A stretch of 64,000 nucleotides of DNA from Clostridiaceae bacterium (GCA_012838135.1 DUPV01000042.1:31816-95815); one strand, 5' to 3'; counted from the first letter of the stretch, positions 31,989 to 42,808 are shown. A program made the numbers and translations. Notes: generated by a model from the letters alone, not told the origin.

Positions 31989-33350
31989 ATGTACGATGTA
32001 TTAATAATAGGTGGCGGTCCCGGTGGCTATTTAGCAGCCCAAAGAGCCGGTGAAAACGGTTTAAAAGCCTGTCTGTTTGAAAAAAGAAATCTCGGCGGAG
32101 TTTGTTTAAATGAAGGGTGTGTTCCGTCTAAAGCACTATTGAATTCAGCAAAAATTTATGAACATGCAGCTGACGGATCTGATTACGGTGTTACGGCAGA
32201 AAATGCGAAAATCGACCAAGTGAAAGTTATCAAACGCAAAAATAAAGTTGTTAAAAAGTTGGTCAGTGGCGTGGCAATGACTATGAAGCGCAATAAAGTT
32301 GAAGTTGTTGAGGCTAAAGCCACAATTAAAAGCCGCCAAAGCGGTGTGATTACAGTTGAAGCTGACGGTAAAGAATATCAAGGCAAAAATCTGATTATCG
32401 CTTCAGGTTCAGAAGTTGTAAAACCACCGATTGACGGTTTGCAAGCAGGTTTAGAAAAAGGCTTTGTTTTAACCAGTCGCGAAATTTTGGACCTTGAAGT
32501 TATTCCGGAAAAAATGGTAATTGTTGGCGGCGGTGTCATCGGCTTGGAAATGGCAAGTTATTTCCAAACAGTAGGTACGAAGGTTACTGTAATTGAAATG
32601 CTTGATCATATTGCCGGCACAGTTGATGCTGAATTGGGAAAATTGCTGCAAAAGAATTTTGAAGCCAAGGGTTTGGAATTCAAATTAAATTCAACGGTTA
32701 CAGCTTTTGGTGATAATTATGTTGAATATGAATTCGAGGGCAAAAAAGAAAAAATCGACGCGGATTATTGTTTGATTTCAATCGGCAGACGTGCTGTTTC
32801 AGCGGATATCGGCTTAGAGAATATCGGTGTTGAATGTGATCGTGCCAATATTAAAGTTGATGAACAAATGTTAACTAATATTCCGAATGTTTATGCAATT
32901 GGTGATGTCAACGGCAAATGGATGCTGGCACATGCGGCATATCGTGAAGCAGAAGTTGCAATTAATACAATTCTCGGCAAAAAAGATGTAATGCGCTATG
33001 AGGCGATGCCTTCAGTTTTATATACTAATCCTGAAATGTGCTTTGTCGGTGAATCTGAAGAAAGTGCCAAAGCCAAAGATTTAGATTACAGAGCCTTAAC
33101 TCTTCCTCTGGCATATAGCGGTCGCTATGTTGCAGAAGTTGAAGGAGGCAACGGTGTGATCAAATTATTGGTCGATAACAAACGTAATTATTTGATCGGA
33201 GCTCACATGTTGGGCAGCTATGCATCGGAACTAGTCACTCCTTTGGGCATGATGATTGAAAAACAGATGACACTCAATGAAATAAAAGAATTTATCTTCC
33301 CGCATCCGACAGTCGGTGAAGTCATTCGCGAAGCGATTTTTGCATTATAA
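31989..33350 (+). CDS. lpdA: Dihydrolipoyl dehydrogenase (E3)
   Basis: GGGPGG, GGVCLNEGCVPSK, GGGVIG, HPTVGE. Confidence 0.96.
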   Translation: MYDVLIIGGGPGGYLAAQRAGENGLKACLFEKRNLGGVCLNEGCVPSKALLNSAKIYEHAADGSDYGVTAENAKIDQVKVIKRKNKVVKKLVSGVAMTMKRNKVEVVEAKATIKSRQSGVITVEADGKEYQGKNLIIASGSEVVKPPIDGLQAGLEKGFVLTSREILDLEVIPEKMVIVGGGVIGLEMASYFQTVGTKVTVIEMLDHIAGTVDAELGKLLQKNFEAKGLEFKLNSTVTAFGDNYVEYEFEGKKEKIDADYCLISIGRRAVSADIGLENIGVECDRANIKVDEQMLTNIPNVYAIGDVNGKWMLAHAAYREAEVAINTILGKKDVMRYEAMPSVLYTNPEMCFVGESEESAKAKDLDYRALTLPLAYSGRYVAEVEGGNGVIKLLVDNKRNYLIGAHMLGSYASELVTPLGMMIEKQMTLNEIKEFIFPHPTVGEVIREAIFAL

Positions 33351-33504
33351 AGCGGAGAATTTAATATTTAAATTCGTAGAACTTGTTAAGATAAAAATAA
33401 AATAAAAGCAAAAGAAGTTTAGTGTTTAAATTTAATGGGATGAGAACAATTAAATAATTTATTAAAGGAAAAAGAAACAGTAATTTTTAACCAAGGAGAA
33501 GATC

Positions 33505-35988
33505 ATGACAAAATCATTACCTATTAATCCGGAAGAAGCTCGTGCACCACGCATGATTGAGCTACAAGACATTCCGGTAAATCAGTATCAAAAAACAGTT
33601 AAAGATGAAAAAGACAATTTTACCAAAGAAGAATTTATGGGCATCTACCGCGATATGCGTTTGATTCGTGAATTCGAAGAAATGCTGATGTCTATCAAGA
33701 CTACCAATTCATATCAAGGTATGGAGTATAACAATCCGGGACCGGCCCATTTATCAATCGGTCAAGAAGCTGCAGCTGTAGGACAAGCTTTCTATTTAGA
33801 CAAAAATGATTATATCTTCGGTTCACATCGCAGCCATGGTGAAGTTTTGGCTAAAGCGTTTTCCGCTATTCGTAAATTAGATGATGCGGAATTGATGGAA
33901 ATCATGGAATCCTTTATGGATGGTAAACAGCTTAAAGCAATCGAATCCATTCGCGAAGATGAAGAATCGATTAAAGAATTAGCAACCAGCTATATTCTGT
34001 ATGGCATATTAGCAGAAATTTTCGCAAAAGAGACCGGGTTTAATCAAGGTCTTGGCGGCTCAATGCACAGTTATTTTACACCGCTCGGAATTTACCCCAA
34101 CAATGCTATTGTTGGCGGTTCAGCAGATATCGCTTTAGGTGCAGCTTTATACAAAAAAGTAAATCGTCAACCCGGTATCGTAATCGGTAACTTCGGTGAT
34201 GGTTCCATGGGTTGCGGTCCGGTTTGGGAAGCTCTGGCTATGGCAACCATGGATCAATATGAAACCCTATGGGAAGGTGATATGAAAGGTGGCTTGCCTT
34301 TAATCTTCAATATTAATAACAATCATTACGGCATGGGCGGACAAACAAAGGGCGAGACCATGGGATATGGTAATCCTGCACGGATCGGTGCAGCTTGCAA
34401 TCCGAGACAAATGCATACAGAGGCTGTTGACGGTAATAATCCGCTAGCAGTTATTGATGCTTATAAACGTAAAATGAAAAATATCGAAGATAAAGAAGGA
34501 CCGATTTTCTTAGAATTGATTACTTACAGATTCTCCGGTCACTCACCGTCTGACGCAGACTCTTACAGAACTGAAGAAGAAAAAGATGCATGGAGAGCTC
34601 ATGATCCGCTCAAAACATATCCGGAGCAACTGATTGAAGCAGGCGTTGCAACACAAGCAGAAATCGATGCAATTGATGAATATGTTGTGGGTAAAATTAT
34701 TCAATCAGTTAAATTAGCGATTGATCCGGTCATCTCACCGCGTATGGATCTGCAAGCAGAACCGAGAGCAATTGAAGATTTAATGTTCTCTAATCAAAAA
34801 GTTGCATCATTCTCGGATGCGGAACCCGACATGCTGCAAACCAGAGAAGAATTAAAAGAAAATGTCAGAGTCAAACAAATTGCTCGTCGTGAGCGTTATG
34901 CTTATGATGAAAACGGCAAACTTCTGACACCGAATAGACGTTATCAGTTCCGTGACGGAATTTTCGAAGCAGTTATTGAAAAATTCTATGAAGATCCAAC
35001 CCTGATTGCTTACGGAGAAGACCTACGTGATTGGGGCGGTGCATATGCTGCTTATCGCGGTCTAACAGAAGCTGTTCCGTATCATCGTTTCTTCAACTCG
35101 CCAATTTCCGAGGCGGCAATTATCGGTTCAGGCATCGGTTATGCAATGGCCGGCGGTCGTGCTTTAGTTGAATTGATGTATTGTGACTTCCTGGGCCGTG
35201 CCGGTGACGAAGTATTTAACCAATTACCGAAATGGCAAGCCATGTCCGGCGGCTATCTCAAAATGCCGGTCGTTATCCGTGTTTCAGTCGGTTCCAAATA
35301 CGGTGCACAACACTCACAAGACTGGACCTCGCTGGTAGCACACATTCCGGGCATTAAAGTTGTCTTCCCGGCAACTCCATATGATGTAAAAGGTCTATTG
35401 ACATCAGCTCTCAACGGTACCGATCCGGTAATCGTTTTTGAAAGTCAAAGACTGTACGATGTCGGCGAACAATTTGTTAAAGAAGGAGTTCCGGCCGAAC
35501 CGTTCGAGGTTACCATTGGCGAACCTGCAATGCGCAGAACAGGTAGCGATGTAACATTCTTGACAGTCGGTGCTACGTTGTATCGTGCATTAGAAGCTGC
35601 TGATAAATTGCAAGAAGAATATGGAATTTCAGCTGAAATTATTGATGCCAGAACACTGGTACCGTTTAATTATGAGATGGTTATTGAATCAGTTAAGAAA
35701 ACCGGAAAAATCATTGTAGCGGGAGACGCTACTGCCAGAGGTTCTTATCTCAATGATTTGGCACAAAATATTCAAAACCTGGCATTTGATTATCTCGATG
35801 CACCGGTTCAAATCTTAGGTTCACGTAACTGGATTACACCTGCTTACGAATTGGAAGATGATTTCTTCCCGCAAGCAGATTGGTTTATTGATCTCTATCA
35901 TGAAAGAATTGCACCGATTGCCGGCTACACGCCGACCAACAATTTCACCGATGGTGAAATTCTCAGACGCAGCACTTTAGGAGTTTAA
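33505..35988 (+). CDS. Fused alpha-beta E1 component of a ThDP-dependent 2-oxoacid/acetoin-type dehydrogenase
   Basis: HLSIGQEA, SHRSHG, GGSMH, GDG...NN, YRFSGHS, SPISEAAI, GAQHSQ. Confidence 0.92.
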   Translation: MTKSLPINPEEARAPRMIELQDIPVNQYQKTVKDEKDNFTKEEFMGIYRDMRLIREFEEMLMSIKTTNSYQGMEYNNPGPAHLSIGQEAAAVGQAFYLDKNDYIFGSHRSHGEVLAKAFSAIRKLDDAELMEIMESFMDGKQLKAIESIREDEESIKELATSYILYGILAEIFAKETGFNQGLGGSMHSYFTPLGIYPNNAIVGGSADIALGAALYKKVNRQPGIVIGNFGDGSMGCGPVWEALAMATMDQYETLWEGDMKGGLPLIFNINNNHYGMGGQTKGETMGYGNPARIGAACNPRQMHTEAVDGNNPLAVIDAYKRKMKNIEDKEGPIFLELITYRFSGHSPSDADSYRTEEEKDAWRAHDPLKTYPEQLIEAGVATQAEIDAIDEYVVGKIIQSVKLAIDPVISPRMDLQAEPRAIEDLMFSNQKVASFSDAEPDMLQTREELKENVRVKQIARRERYAYDENGKLLTPNRRYQFRDGIFEAVIEKFYEDPTLIAYGEDLRDWGGAYAAYRGLTEAVPYHRFFNSPISEAAIIGSGIGYAMAGGRALVELMYCDFLGRAGDEVFNQLPKWQAMSGGYLKMPVVIRVSVGSKYGAQHSQDWTSLVAHIPGIKVVFPATPYDVKGLLTSALNGTDPVIVFESQRLYDVGEQFVKEGVPAEPFEVTIGEPAMRRTGSDVTFLTVGATLYRALEAADKLQEEYGISAEIIDARTLVPFNYEMVIESVKKTGKIIVAGDATARGSYLNDLAQNIQNLAFDYLDAPVQILGSRNWITPAYELEDDFFPQADWFIDLYHERIAPIAGYTPTNNFTDGEILRRSTLGV

Positions 35989-36051
35989 AGCCTAATTGTT
36001 TGTGCATTGGAATATGTAGATTTAAGAATCTAATGCTCATTTGCATATAAG

Positions 36052-36088
36052 AAACTACTCGGGATTAAAATGTTCCGGGTAGTTTTTT
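36052..36088 (+). terminator. Rho-independent terminator after E1
   Basis: AAACTACTCGGGA...TTCCGGGTAGTTTTTT. Confidence 0.75.
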
Positions 36089-36236
36089 GGTCTTAAAAAA
36101 ACCAAAGCAAAACAGATAATGTGCACTTTGTAAATTAAATTAAGTTATTATTGTGCGAAACCCACAACAAAACTTGTTGCATATGCTATATAATTTTAAA
36201 AAAAAAGGAGTTTATTTGTTTATATTGTTGATTAAT

Positions 36237-36344
36237 GGTTTTATTAATTGTTAAGCTTAGGTATAAATCAACGTTTAATATAAAGTCTCGCATTAACAAG
36301 GTTTTATTAATTATTAAGCTTATTAAGCTTAGGTATAAATCAAC
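36237..36344 (+). repeat. Direct duplication (about 36 bp) upstream of the FadR-like gene
   Basis: GGTTTTATTAATT(G/A)TTAAGCTT...AGGTATAAATCAAC at 36237 and 36300; the second copy has an extra ATTAAGCTT. Confidence 0.85.
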
Positions 36345-36363
36345 ACAGAGATGCAATTAATCT

Positions 36364-37122
36364 TTGAGGATGGGAAAATCAGATAAGTATGTGGCTAAAA
36401 TGACTAGTAGAAGAATAAATAAACCAAAACTATCTGAAAAAGTCAGTATAGGACTTATAAATGCATTTCATTTAGGTAGTTATTTAGAGGGAGATGAACT
36501 TCCTTCTGAAAGAAAGTTAGCCGATGAGTATGGAGTTAGTCGAACAGTAATTCGTGAAGCGATAGAGAATTTAGAAAACATAGGTTATTTAGAACAAAAA
36601 GGTCGTAAAAGAGTTTTTAAAAAAATGAATATTACAGAAAATATGATTCATTTTGAAGAAATTACAGATGTTGAATATAAATCTTTAATAGATTTATTGG
36701 ACGTAAGAGAATTATTAGAGCGATTTATTGTTAGAAGAGCAGCCGAAAAAGCTACAGAAGAAGAGATTGCAAATCTTCAAAAATGTATTGATAAAATGAA
36801 AATGCAACTTGAGAATGGCAATATAGATTATGAAACAGAAACTTCCTTCCATAGTAATTTGTTAAAGATTGCCGATAATAAAGTGTTGAGTCAAATGTTT
36901 AATGCATATGAAGCAAGTATATATGACATAGGTAAATATTCATTATATGTAGCGCAAAAAAGAGGTTTAGCTATTACAGCTGCTGAAGAGCATCAAGCAA
37001 TTTTAAATGCTATAAAATCTCACAATGCAGATTTAGCAGAAAAACTGATGATAAACCATTTGAAATATGCAAAACATAATATTTTGCTTAGTTATCGTCT
37101 CAAAAATCAAAAAAACCATTAG
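36364..37122 (+). CDS. GntR/FadR family transcriptional regulator
   Basis: LPSERKLADEYGVSRTVIREA HTH; FCD domain with FH...N...EH...I. Confidence 0.93.
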   Translation: MRMGKSDKYVAKMTSRRINKPKLSEKVSIGLINAFHLGSYLEGDELPSERKLADEYGVSRTVIREAIENLENIGYLEQKGRKRVFKKMNITENMIHFEEITDVEYKSLIDLLDVRELLERFIVRRAAEKATEEEIANLQKCIDKMKMQLENGNIDYETETSFHSNLLKIADNKVLSQMFNAYEASIYDIGKYSLYVAQKRGLAITAAEEHQAILNAIKSHNADLAEKLMINHLKYAKHNILLSYRLKNQKNH

Positions 37123-37198
37123 GTTTTAAATTAGATCTAGAATTAGGTCTTTGAAAATTTTTTAAATCACAAAAAACGATTTGAAAGGAGAAAGGTTG

Positions 37199-38512
37199 AT
37201 GAAAAAATCAATTAAACAGATGCTAAAAGGGGTAGCAATATTTTGTTCAATCGTAATGTTATTTACTTTAATTTCTGCTTGTAACAAAAAAAGTGATGAC
37301 ACTGCGAAAAAAGAAAAGGAAACAGAGGCAGCTGAAAAGGAAGCTGTAGAAGAAAAAGAATCTGCAGAAAAAAAAGAAGTTGCAGAGAAATCTGAGGCTT
37401 CAGAAGACAAAAAAGCTGTAGAAGAATCAGATAAAAAAGAAGCTTCCGGTGAACCGATCATAGTTGGAGTATGTACAGCAATGACAGGTTCTTCACCTTT
37501 AGATGGTGAAAGAACAAAACAAGGTGTTGAATTAGCTGTTAAGGAAATCAATGCAAAAGGTGGTGTTTTAGGCAGACCTTTGGAACTGATGATTGAAGAT
37601 GATCAAAACTTGGCAAATGTTGCAGTTAATGCTACTAATAAATTAATGAATTCAAACATTGTTGCACAATTGGGACCTCAAAAATCAGGAAATACAAAAG
37701 CAGTTATGGGTATTGCTAAAGAAAATGGCATTCCGATTTTGGTAGGTTCGACAAATCCGGGTTTGGCTGATGAAGGTAATGAATATTTATTCAGAATTCG
37801 TGCTTCAGATCGTTTGGTGGGTCAAACTGCAGCGAAATTTGCTATAGAAACATTGAATGCAAAGAAGATCGGTATCTTGTTCAATAATGATGACTATGGC
37901 ATGGGAGCGAAAGGCGCTATTGAAAGTTATCTTGATACAGCCGGTCTTGAATATGTTGCAGAAGGACATAATACCGGTGATAAAGATATGACTGGTCAAA
38001 TCATGAAATTAAAAGATGCCGGTGTTGATACAATTATAATTTGGACTCATGCTCCGGAATGTGCCGTTGTAGCTCGTCAATTAAAAGAATTATTACCGGG
38101 TATTCCTGTTGTTTCAGGTCCTACTTATACAAATCAAGATTTCTTGAATTTAGTTGATGCAGCTGATATTGAAGGCGCTTATTCAGTAGCTGATTTCTCA
38201 GTAGAAAAAGATACACCTGAAATGAAAGCATATGTTGCTGCTTGTGACGAAGAATATGGAATTGTTCCTGAATTATTCAGTACCACATATTATCAAGGGA
38301 TTTATATTCTTGCTGATGCAATTGAGCGTGCAGGAAGTACTGATCATGATGCAGTACGCCAAGCTCTAAGTGAAACTAAAGACTTTAATGGTGTTATGTC
38401 AGCAGTAAATTGCAATGCAAAGGGTGAAATGGTTCACGAGGTTACTGTTGTTGTGTTAGAAAATAAAGTTCCTGTTATGAAGGAAATTGTCAAATTTGAT
38501 GTTGATGAGTAA
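37199..38512 (+). CDS. livK: HAAT (Liv-type) ABC transporter substrate-binding lipoprotein
   Basis: Lipobox LISAC, Lys/Glu-rich linker, AVKEINAKGGVLGRPL, NDDYG. Confidence 0.85.
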   Translation: MKKSIKQMLKGVAIFCSIVMLFTLISACNKKSDDTAKKEKETEAAEKEAVEEKESAEKKEVAEKSEASEDKKAVEESDKKEASGEPIIVGVCTAMTGSSPLDGERTKQGVELAVKEINAKGGVLGRPLELMIEDDQNLANVAVNATNKLMNSNIVAQLGPQKSGNTKAVMGIAKENGIPILVGSTNPGLADEGNEYLFRIRASDRLVGQTAAKFAIETLNAKKIGILFNNDDYGMGAKGAIESYLDTAGLEYVAEGHNTGDKDMTGQIMKLKDAGVDTIIIWTHAPECAVVARQLKELLPGIPVVSGPTYTNQDFLNLVDAADIEGAYSVADFSVEKDTPEMKAYVAACDEEYGIVPELFSTTYYQGIYILADAIERAGSTDHDAVRQALSETKDFNGVMSAVNCNAKGEMVHEVTVVVLENKVPVMKEIVKFDVDE

Positions 38513-38535
38513 TGTATATATTTCTGGAGTACCAG

Positions 38536-38568
38536 TATTAGCTATGTGTGTAAAGCACATAGCTAATA
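38536..38568 (+). other. Stem-loop after the binding-protein gene (mRNA stabiliser or partial terminator)
   Basis: TATTAGCTATGTG-N7-CACATAGCTAATA, perfect 13-bp stem. Confidence 0.65.
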
Positions 38569-38591
38569 ATATTTAACGAAAGATAATTACT

Positions 38592-39470
38592 ATGGAAAGT
38601 TTTTTACAATTATTAGTAAGCGGTATAGCGTTCGGTTGTATATACACCTTAGTAGCTATTGAGTATTCTGTTATCTATCAAGCATCAGGCTTGGTTAATT
38701 TTAGTCATGGTCAATGGATCACTTTAGGCGGATTTGTTTTTGGCGGAACGATGATCCGTCAATTCAACATGCATTATATACCTGCAATGTTATTGTCTCT
38801 AGTAGTTATGGGAATTTTTGGTGCATTGGTGGCAAAAGGAATTTTTAATCCACTCAGACATTTACCCAATAATTTATTTGTTGTTTTAGGCACAGTAATG
38901 TTGGGAAAAATCATTATTGAACTTTGTAGAATAATTTGGGGTGCGTCTGCTTTTAGAATTGAAGGATTTTTAAGTGATACAGTAAAAATAGGCGGAATTG
39001 TTTTTCCTGAAGTTTATATTTGGATTGTAATTATTTCTGTTATTTTTTTAGTGGTGCAAGCTATTCTTTTCCAAAAAACAAAATTAGGGAAAGCCATGCG
39101 GTGTGTTGCTTCTGATCAAAAAGCAGCTGCCCTGATGGGAATAAATGTGAACAGAAATATTATTATTACTGTTGCATATAGTGCAATTATTTGTGCGATA
39201 ATCGGTATTTTGGTTGCACCAATTTTTAATGTAGATATTAATATGGCTAATAGTATCTCTTTGAAAGGTTTCGCTGCGGGTGTTGTTGGGGGATTTGGAA
39301 CAATAGGCGGATCAATAGTTGGTGGTCTGGTAATAGGGATCATTGAAAATATGTACCTTATGATAGGACCTGCGATTTATAAAGATGTTGTTGCTTTCGT
39401 TGCTTTGATTATATTTTTATTGATGAAACCAACAGGATTATTAGGCAAGAATCAACAGAAGAGAAGTTAG
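38592..39470 (+). CDS. livH: Liv-type ABC permease
   Basis: GLVNFSHG, TKLGKAMR, AALMGIN, GGFG, KPTGLLG. Confidence 0.9.
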   Translation: MESFLQLLVSGIAFGCIYTLVAIEYSVIYQASGLVNFSHGQWITLGGFVFGGTMIRQFNMHYIPAMLLSLVVMGIFGALVAKGIFNPLRHLPNNLFVVLGTVMLGKIIIELCRIIWGASAFRIEGFLSDTVKIGGIVFPEVYIWIVIISVIFLVVQAILFQKTKLGKAMRCVASDQKAAALMGINVNRNIIITVAYSAIICAIIGILVAPIFNVDINMANSISLKGFAAGVVGGFGTIGGSIVGGLVIGIIENMYLMIGPAIYKDVVAFVALIIFLLMKPTGLLGKNQQKRS

Positions 39471-39485
39471 TAACTTTGGTTATAA

Positions 39486-40475
39486 ATGGGGTTAAAAATG
39501 CAAAAGATTAAAAAGATTGCACCAATAATTATTAGTTTAATAATCGCATTAGTTTTGCCGATTTTTGTGAAAAATAATTATTATGTAACATTATTGGATC
39601 AAGCATTAGTAAATATTATTGCAGTAATCGGGCTTAATTTTATTACTGGATTAACAGGACAGGTAAACTTAGGAATGGCCGGCATTTTTGCAGCAGGATC
39701 ATATACTTCTGCATTGTTAACAACCAAGCTAGGTGTTAATTGTTGGTTAGGACTGATTGCATCGATTATTGTTGGAATAATTATTGGATATGTGCTTGGA
39801 TATCCGAGTTTGAGAATAAAGGGGATATATCTAACCTTAACGACAATCGGTTTTGGTGAAATTATGAGACTCTTACTCACAAATATGGTAAACATAACCG
39901 GAGGAACTCAAGGAGTACTGGGCATACCTTCATTATCATTGTTCGGTTTTGAATTAAATACTCCACGGAGAATGTATTTTTTCTTGGTTGCAGTAGTTTG
40001 TTTGATGGCGTGGATAGCGATCAGAATTGTTAAAGGCAGATGGGGGCGTGAATTCAAAGCAGTTCTTAACGATGATACAGCCTTGGCAAGTGTAGGGATC
40101 GATATTTCAAAAGTAAAATTAAATTCATTTATTCTCTGTTCAGTGTTTACTTGTGTTGCTGGTTCTTTTTATGCCCATCTTATGGGTTATATCGATCCCT
40201 CAGATTATACTTTTGATATGTCAACCAGATTTTTGATGATGTTAATGCTTGGCGGAATAGGTTCTGTACCGGGTAGTATTATTGGTGGATCTATAATTAC
40301 AATACTGCCGGAAATTTTAAGATTTTTGAAAGAGTACTACTGGTTAGTCTTCAGTGTTATTATCCTAATTATCATTTTGGTTTTACCCTATGGTTTAGTG
40401 TCTATAAAAGATCTGCCATTTGTGAGAAAATTGTTTGGTTTAAATAAAAATTCACTAGGAGAATCAAATGAATAA
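39486..40475 (+). CDS. livM: Liv-type ABC permease
   Basis: GLTGQVNLG, SLRIKGIYL, LGGIGS, LPEILR. Confidence 0.9.
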   Translation: MGLKMQKIKKIAPIIISLIIALVLPIFVKNNYYVTLLDQALVNIIAVIGLNFITGLTGQVNLGMAGIFAAGSYTSALLTTKLGVNCWLGLIASIIVGIIIGYVLGYPSLRIKGIYLTLTTIGFGEIMRLLLTNMVNITGGTQGVLGIPSLSLFGFELNTPRRMYFFLVAVVCLMAWIAIRIVKGRWGREFKAVLNDDTALASVGIDISKVKLNSFILCSVFTCVAGSFYAHLMGYIDPSDYTFDMSTRFLMMLMLGGIGSVPGSIIGGSIITILPEILRFLKEYYWLVFSVIILIIILVLPYGLVSIKDLPFVRKLFGLNKNSLGESNE

Positions 40476-41268
40476 GACATTATTGCAAATCAAAAATTTA
40501 ACGAAATCGTTTGGTGGTTTAGTAGCAGTTAATGACTTATCATTTTCTGTTGAGGAAAAATCGATCCATGCTCTGATCGGACCAAATGGTTCAGGAAAAA
40601 CAACGACTCTGAATATGATTGCTGGAGAATTAATACCGGATAGTGGCAGTGTTCTTTATCAAGATCAAGATTTAGTTAAAAGCAAGCCACATCTTATTTC
40701 AAGAATGGGATTAAGTCGTACGTTTCAGAATATTAGATTGTTTTCAGGTATGACAGCTCTAGAAAATATAATGATAGGTATTCATAGAAATTACCCAAGT
40801 CATATTGTAGATTTTATAGTTAATATATCTAAAGCCAAAAAAGAAGAACTTATCATTAAAGAAAAAGCTATAGAAATCCTAAATTTTTTAGGATTATATC
40901 GAATAAAGGATGAAAAAGTGGAGAACCTTGCCTATGGAAATCAAAAAGTTTTGGAGTTAGGCAGAGCACTGATATCTAATCCTAAGTTGATTTTATTGGA
41001 CGAACCGGCAGCAGGATTGAATCCATCTGAAAGAGCTGATTTTGTTAATTTATTAAAACAAATTAATAATAATGGAATTACGTTATTGCTAATTGAACAT
41101 AATATGGATGTAGTTATGGATATAAGTAATACAATAACGGTTTTAAATTTTGGCAAAAAAATTGCTGAAGCAGGCCCGAAGGAAATTCAAAACGATGATT
41201 CTGTTATTGATGCGTATTTAGGATCATCATATAGAAAGAAGAAAGAACAGGGTGAAGTCGATGCTTGA
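40468..41268 (+). CDS. livG: Liv-type ABC ATPase
   Basis: FGGLVAV, GPNGSGKTT, RTFQ, LDEPAAG, IEHNM, AYLG. Confidence 0.92.
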   Translation: MNKTLLQIKNLTKSFGGLVAVNDLSFSVEEKSIHALIGPNGSGKTTTLNMIAGELIPDSGSVLYQDQDLVKSKPHLISRMGLSRTFQNIRLFSGMTALENIMIGIHRNYPSHIVDFIVNISKAKKEELIIKEKAIEILNFLGLYRIKDEKVENLAYGNQKVLELGRALISNPKLILLDEPAAGLNPSERADFVNLLKQINNNGITLLLIEHNMDVVMDISNTITVLNFGKKIAEAGPKEIQNDDSVIDAYLGSSYRKKKEQGEVDA

Positions 41269-41971
41269 AGTAAAAAATATTAATGTATTCTATGACCAAG
41301 TCCAAGCTATTCATGATGTATCTTTCGAAGTTAAGTCAGATGAAATTGTTTCTGTGATAGGTACTAATGGAGCCGGCAAATCTACCTTAATGCAAACGAT
41401 TGTTAGCTTGGTTGAGACTAAATCCGGATCAATTATTTTTAATGGTGAGGATATTACAAATTTACCTTCACATGATATTGTCAAGCGAGGAATCATTTAT
41501 GTTCCTGAGGGACGAAGAATATTTTATGATCTTACAGTAGCAGAAAATCTTGAAATGGGTGCTTATGCATTAAAAACCGATAAAAAACGTTTGCGAGAAG
41601 ATCTTGAAATGGTGCATGAAATGTTTCCTCAATTAAATGACAGAATGAAGCAATTAGGCGGTACTCTTTCAGGCGGTGAACAACAAATGTTAGCAATAGC
41701 CAGAGGGCTAATGGGACATCCGAAATTATTAATGTTGGATGAACCTTCACTTGGACTAGCTCCAGTTATTGTTGAGGAAGTTTTTGATATTATTTTGAAG
41801 ATAAAAAAGGAAACAAATACACCGATTGTTCTGGTCGAACAAAATGCAAATATGGCTATGGCGATCAGTGATAACACATATGTTCTAGAAGTGGGATATG
41901 TAAGTTTTAGTGGTAAGAGTTCTGAGTTGATGTATAACCCGGAAGTAAAAGAAGCATATTTAGGTTCTTAG
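41261..41971 (+). CDS. livF: Liv-type ABC ATPase
   Basis: GTNGAGKS, VPEGRRIF, LSGGEQQML, LDEPSLGLAP. Confidence 0.92.
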   Translation: MLEVKNINVFYDQVQAIHDVSFEVKSDEIVSVIGTNGAGKSTLMQTIVSLVETKSGSIIFNGEDITNLPSHDIVKRGIIYVPEGRRIFYDLTVAENLEMGAYALKTDKKRLREDLEMVHEMFPQLNDRMKQLGGTLSGGEQQMLAIARGLMGHPKLLMLDEPSLGLAPVIVEEVFDIILKIKKETNTPIVLVEQNANMAMAISDNTYVLEVGYVSFSGKSSELMYNPEVKEAYLGS

Positions 41972-42037
41972 ATTTCAATTCTTTTCGATAAAACAATAAC
42001 TAATAGACTTGATTGATTTAATTTCAAGGAGGCTGGG

Positions 42038-42778
42038 GTGAGTATAGGCAGATTAGATCAACGTGTAGCCATTGTAACAGGAGGAGCACGGGGTATAGGT
42101 TTAGCAGTTGCAAAAATTCTTTGCGAATTTGGAGCAACAAGTGTAATTGCTGATATTAATTATGATCAAGGACTGAAATCTTCAGAAAAATTAAATGAGA
42201 AAGGTTATGCTACTTCGGCTGTGAAATTAGATGTTAGCAGTCCTGAATCAATTTCTGAAAATATTGAATTAATTTATGAAAAATATGGAAGAATTGATAT
42301 TTTAGTTAATAATGCAGGCATTCTAGATAGCACTTCTATTCCAGAATTAACAGTTGAAGCGTGGGATCATTTGCTTGATATAGATTTGAGAGGAGTGCAT
42401 CTATGTTCACAAGCAGTTTTGCCATATATGAAAAAAAGCGATTGTGGCAGGATAATTAACTTATCTTCTCAGGCAGGTCAACTTGGCGGATGGAAAGCCG
42501 GTGTAAATTATTCAGCAGCCAAAGGCGGTGTTCTTGCATTAACTAAAGCATATGCCAGATATGCTGCAAAGTTCGGAATTACGGTTAATGCGGTGTCTCC
42601 AGGGTTTATATTAACAGACATGACAGCTTCAAGATCTGACGAAACAACAGGAATCCCTCTTGGAAGATTGGGCACTGCAGAAGATGTGGCGAATTCAGTT
42701 TATTTTCTAGCGAGTGATCTATCCAGTTATATTACAGGATTTACGATAGATGTTAATGGAGGATATTTTATTCACTAA
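42038..42778 (+). CDS. Short-chain dehydrogenase/reductase
   Basis: TGGARGIG, NNAG, YSAAK, VNGG. Confidence 0.93.
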   Translation: MSIGRLDQRVAIVTGGARGIGLAVAKILCEFGATSVIADINYDQGLKSSEKLNEKGYATSAVKLDVSSPESISENIELIYEKYGRIDILVNNAGILDSTSIPELTVEAWDHLLDIDLRGVHLCSQAVLPYMKKSDCGRIINLSSQAGQLGGWKAGVNYSAAKGGVLALTKAYARYAAKFGITVNAVSPGFILTDMTASRSDETTGIPLGRLGTAEDVANSVYFLASDLSSYITGFTIDVNGGYFIH

Positions 42779-42808
42779 ATTATTTATTTTATAAAAAAGG
42801 AGAACGAG

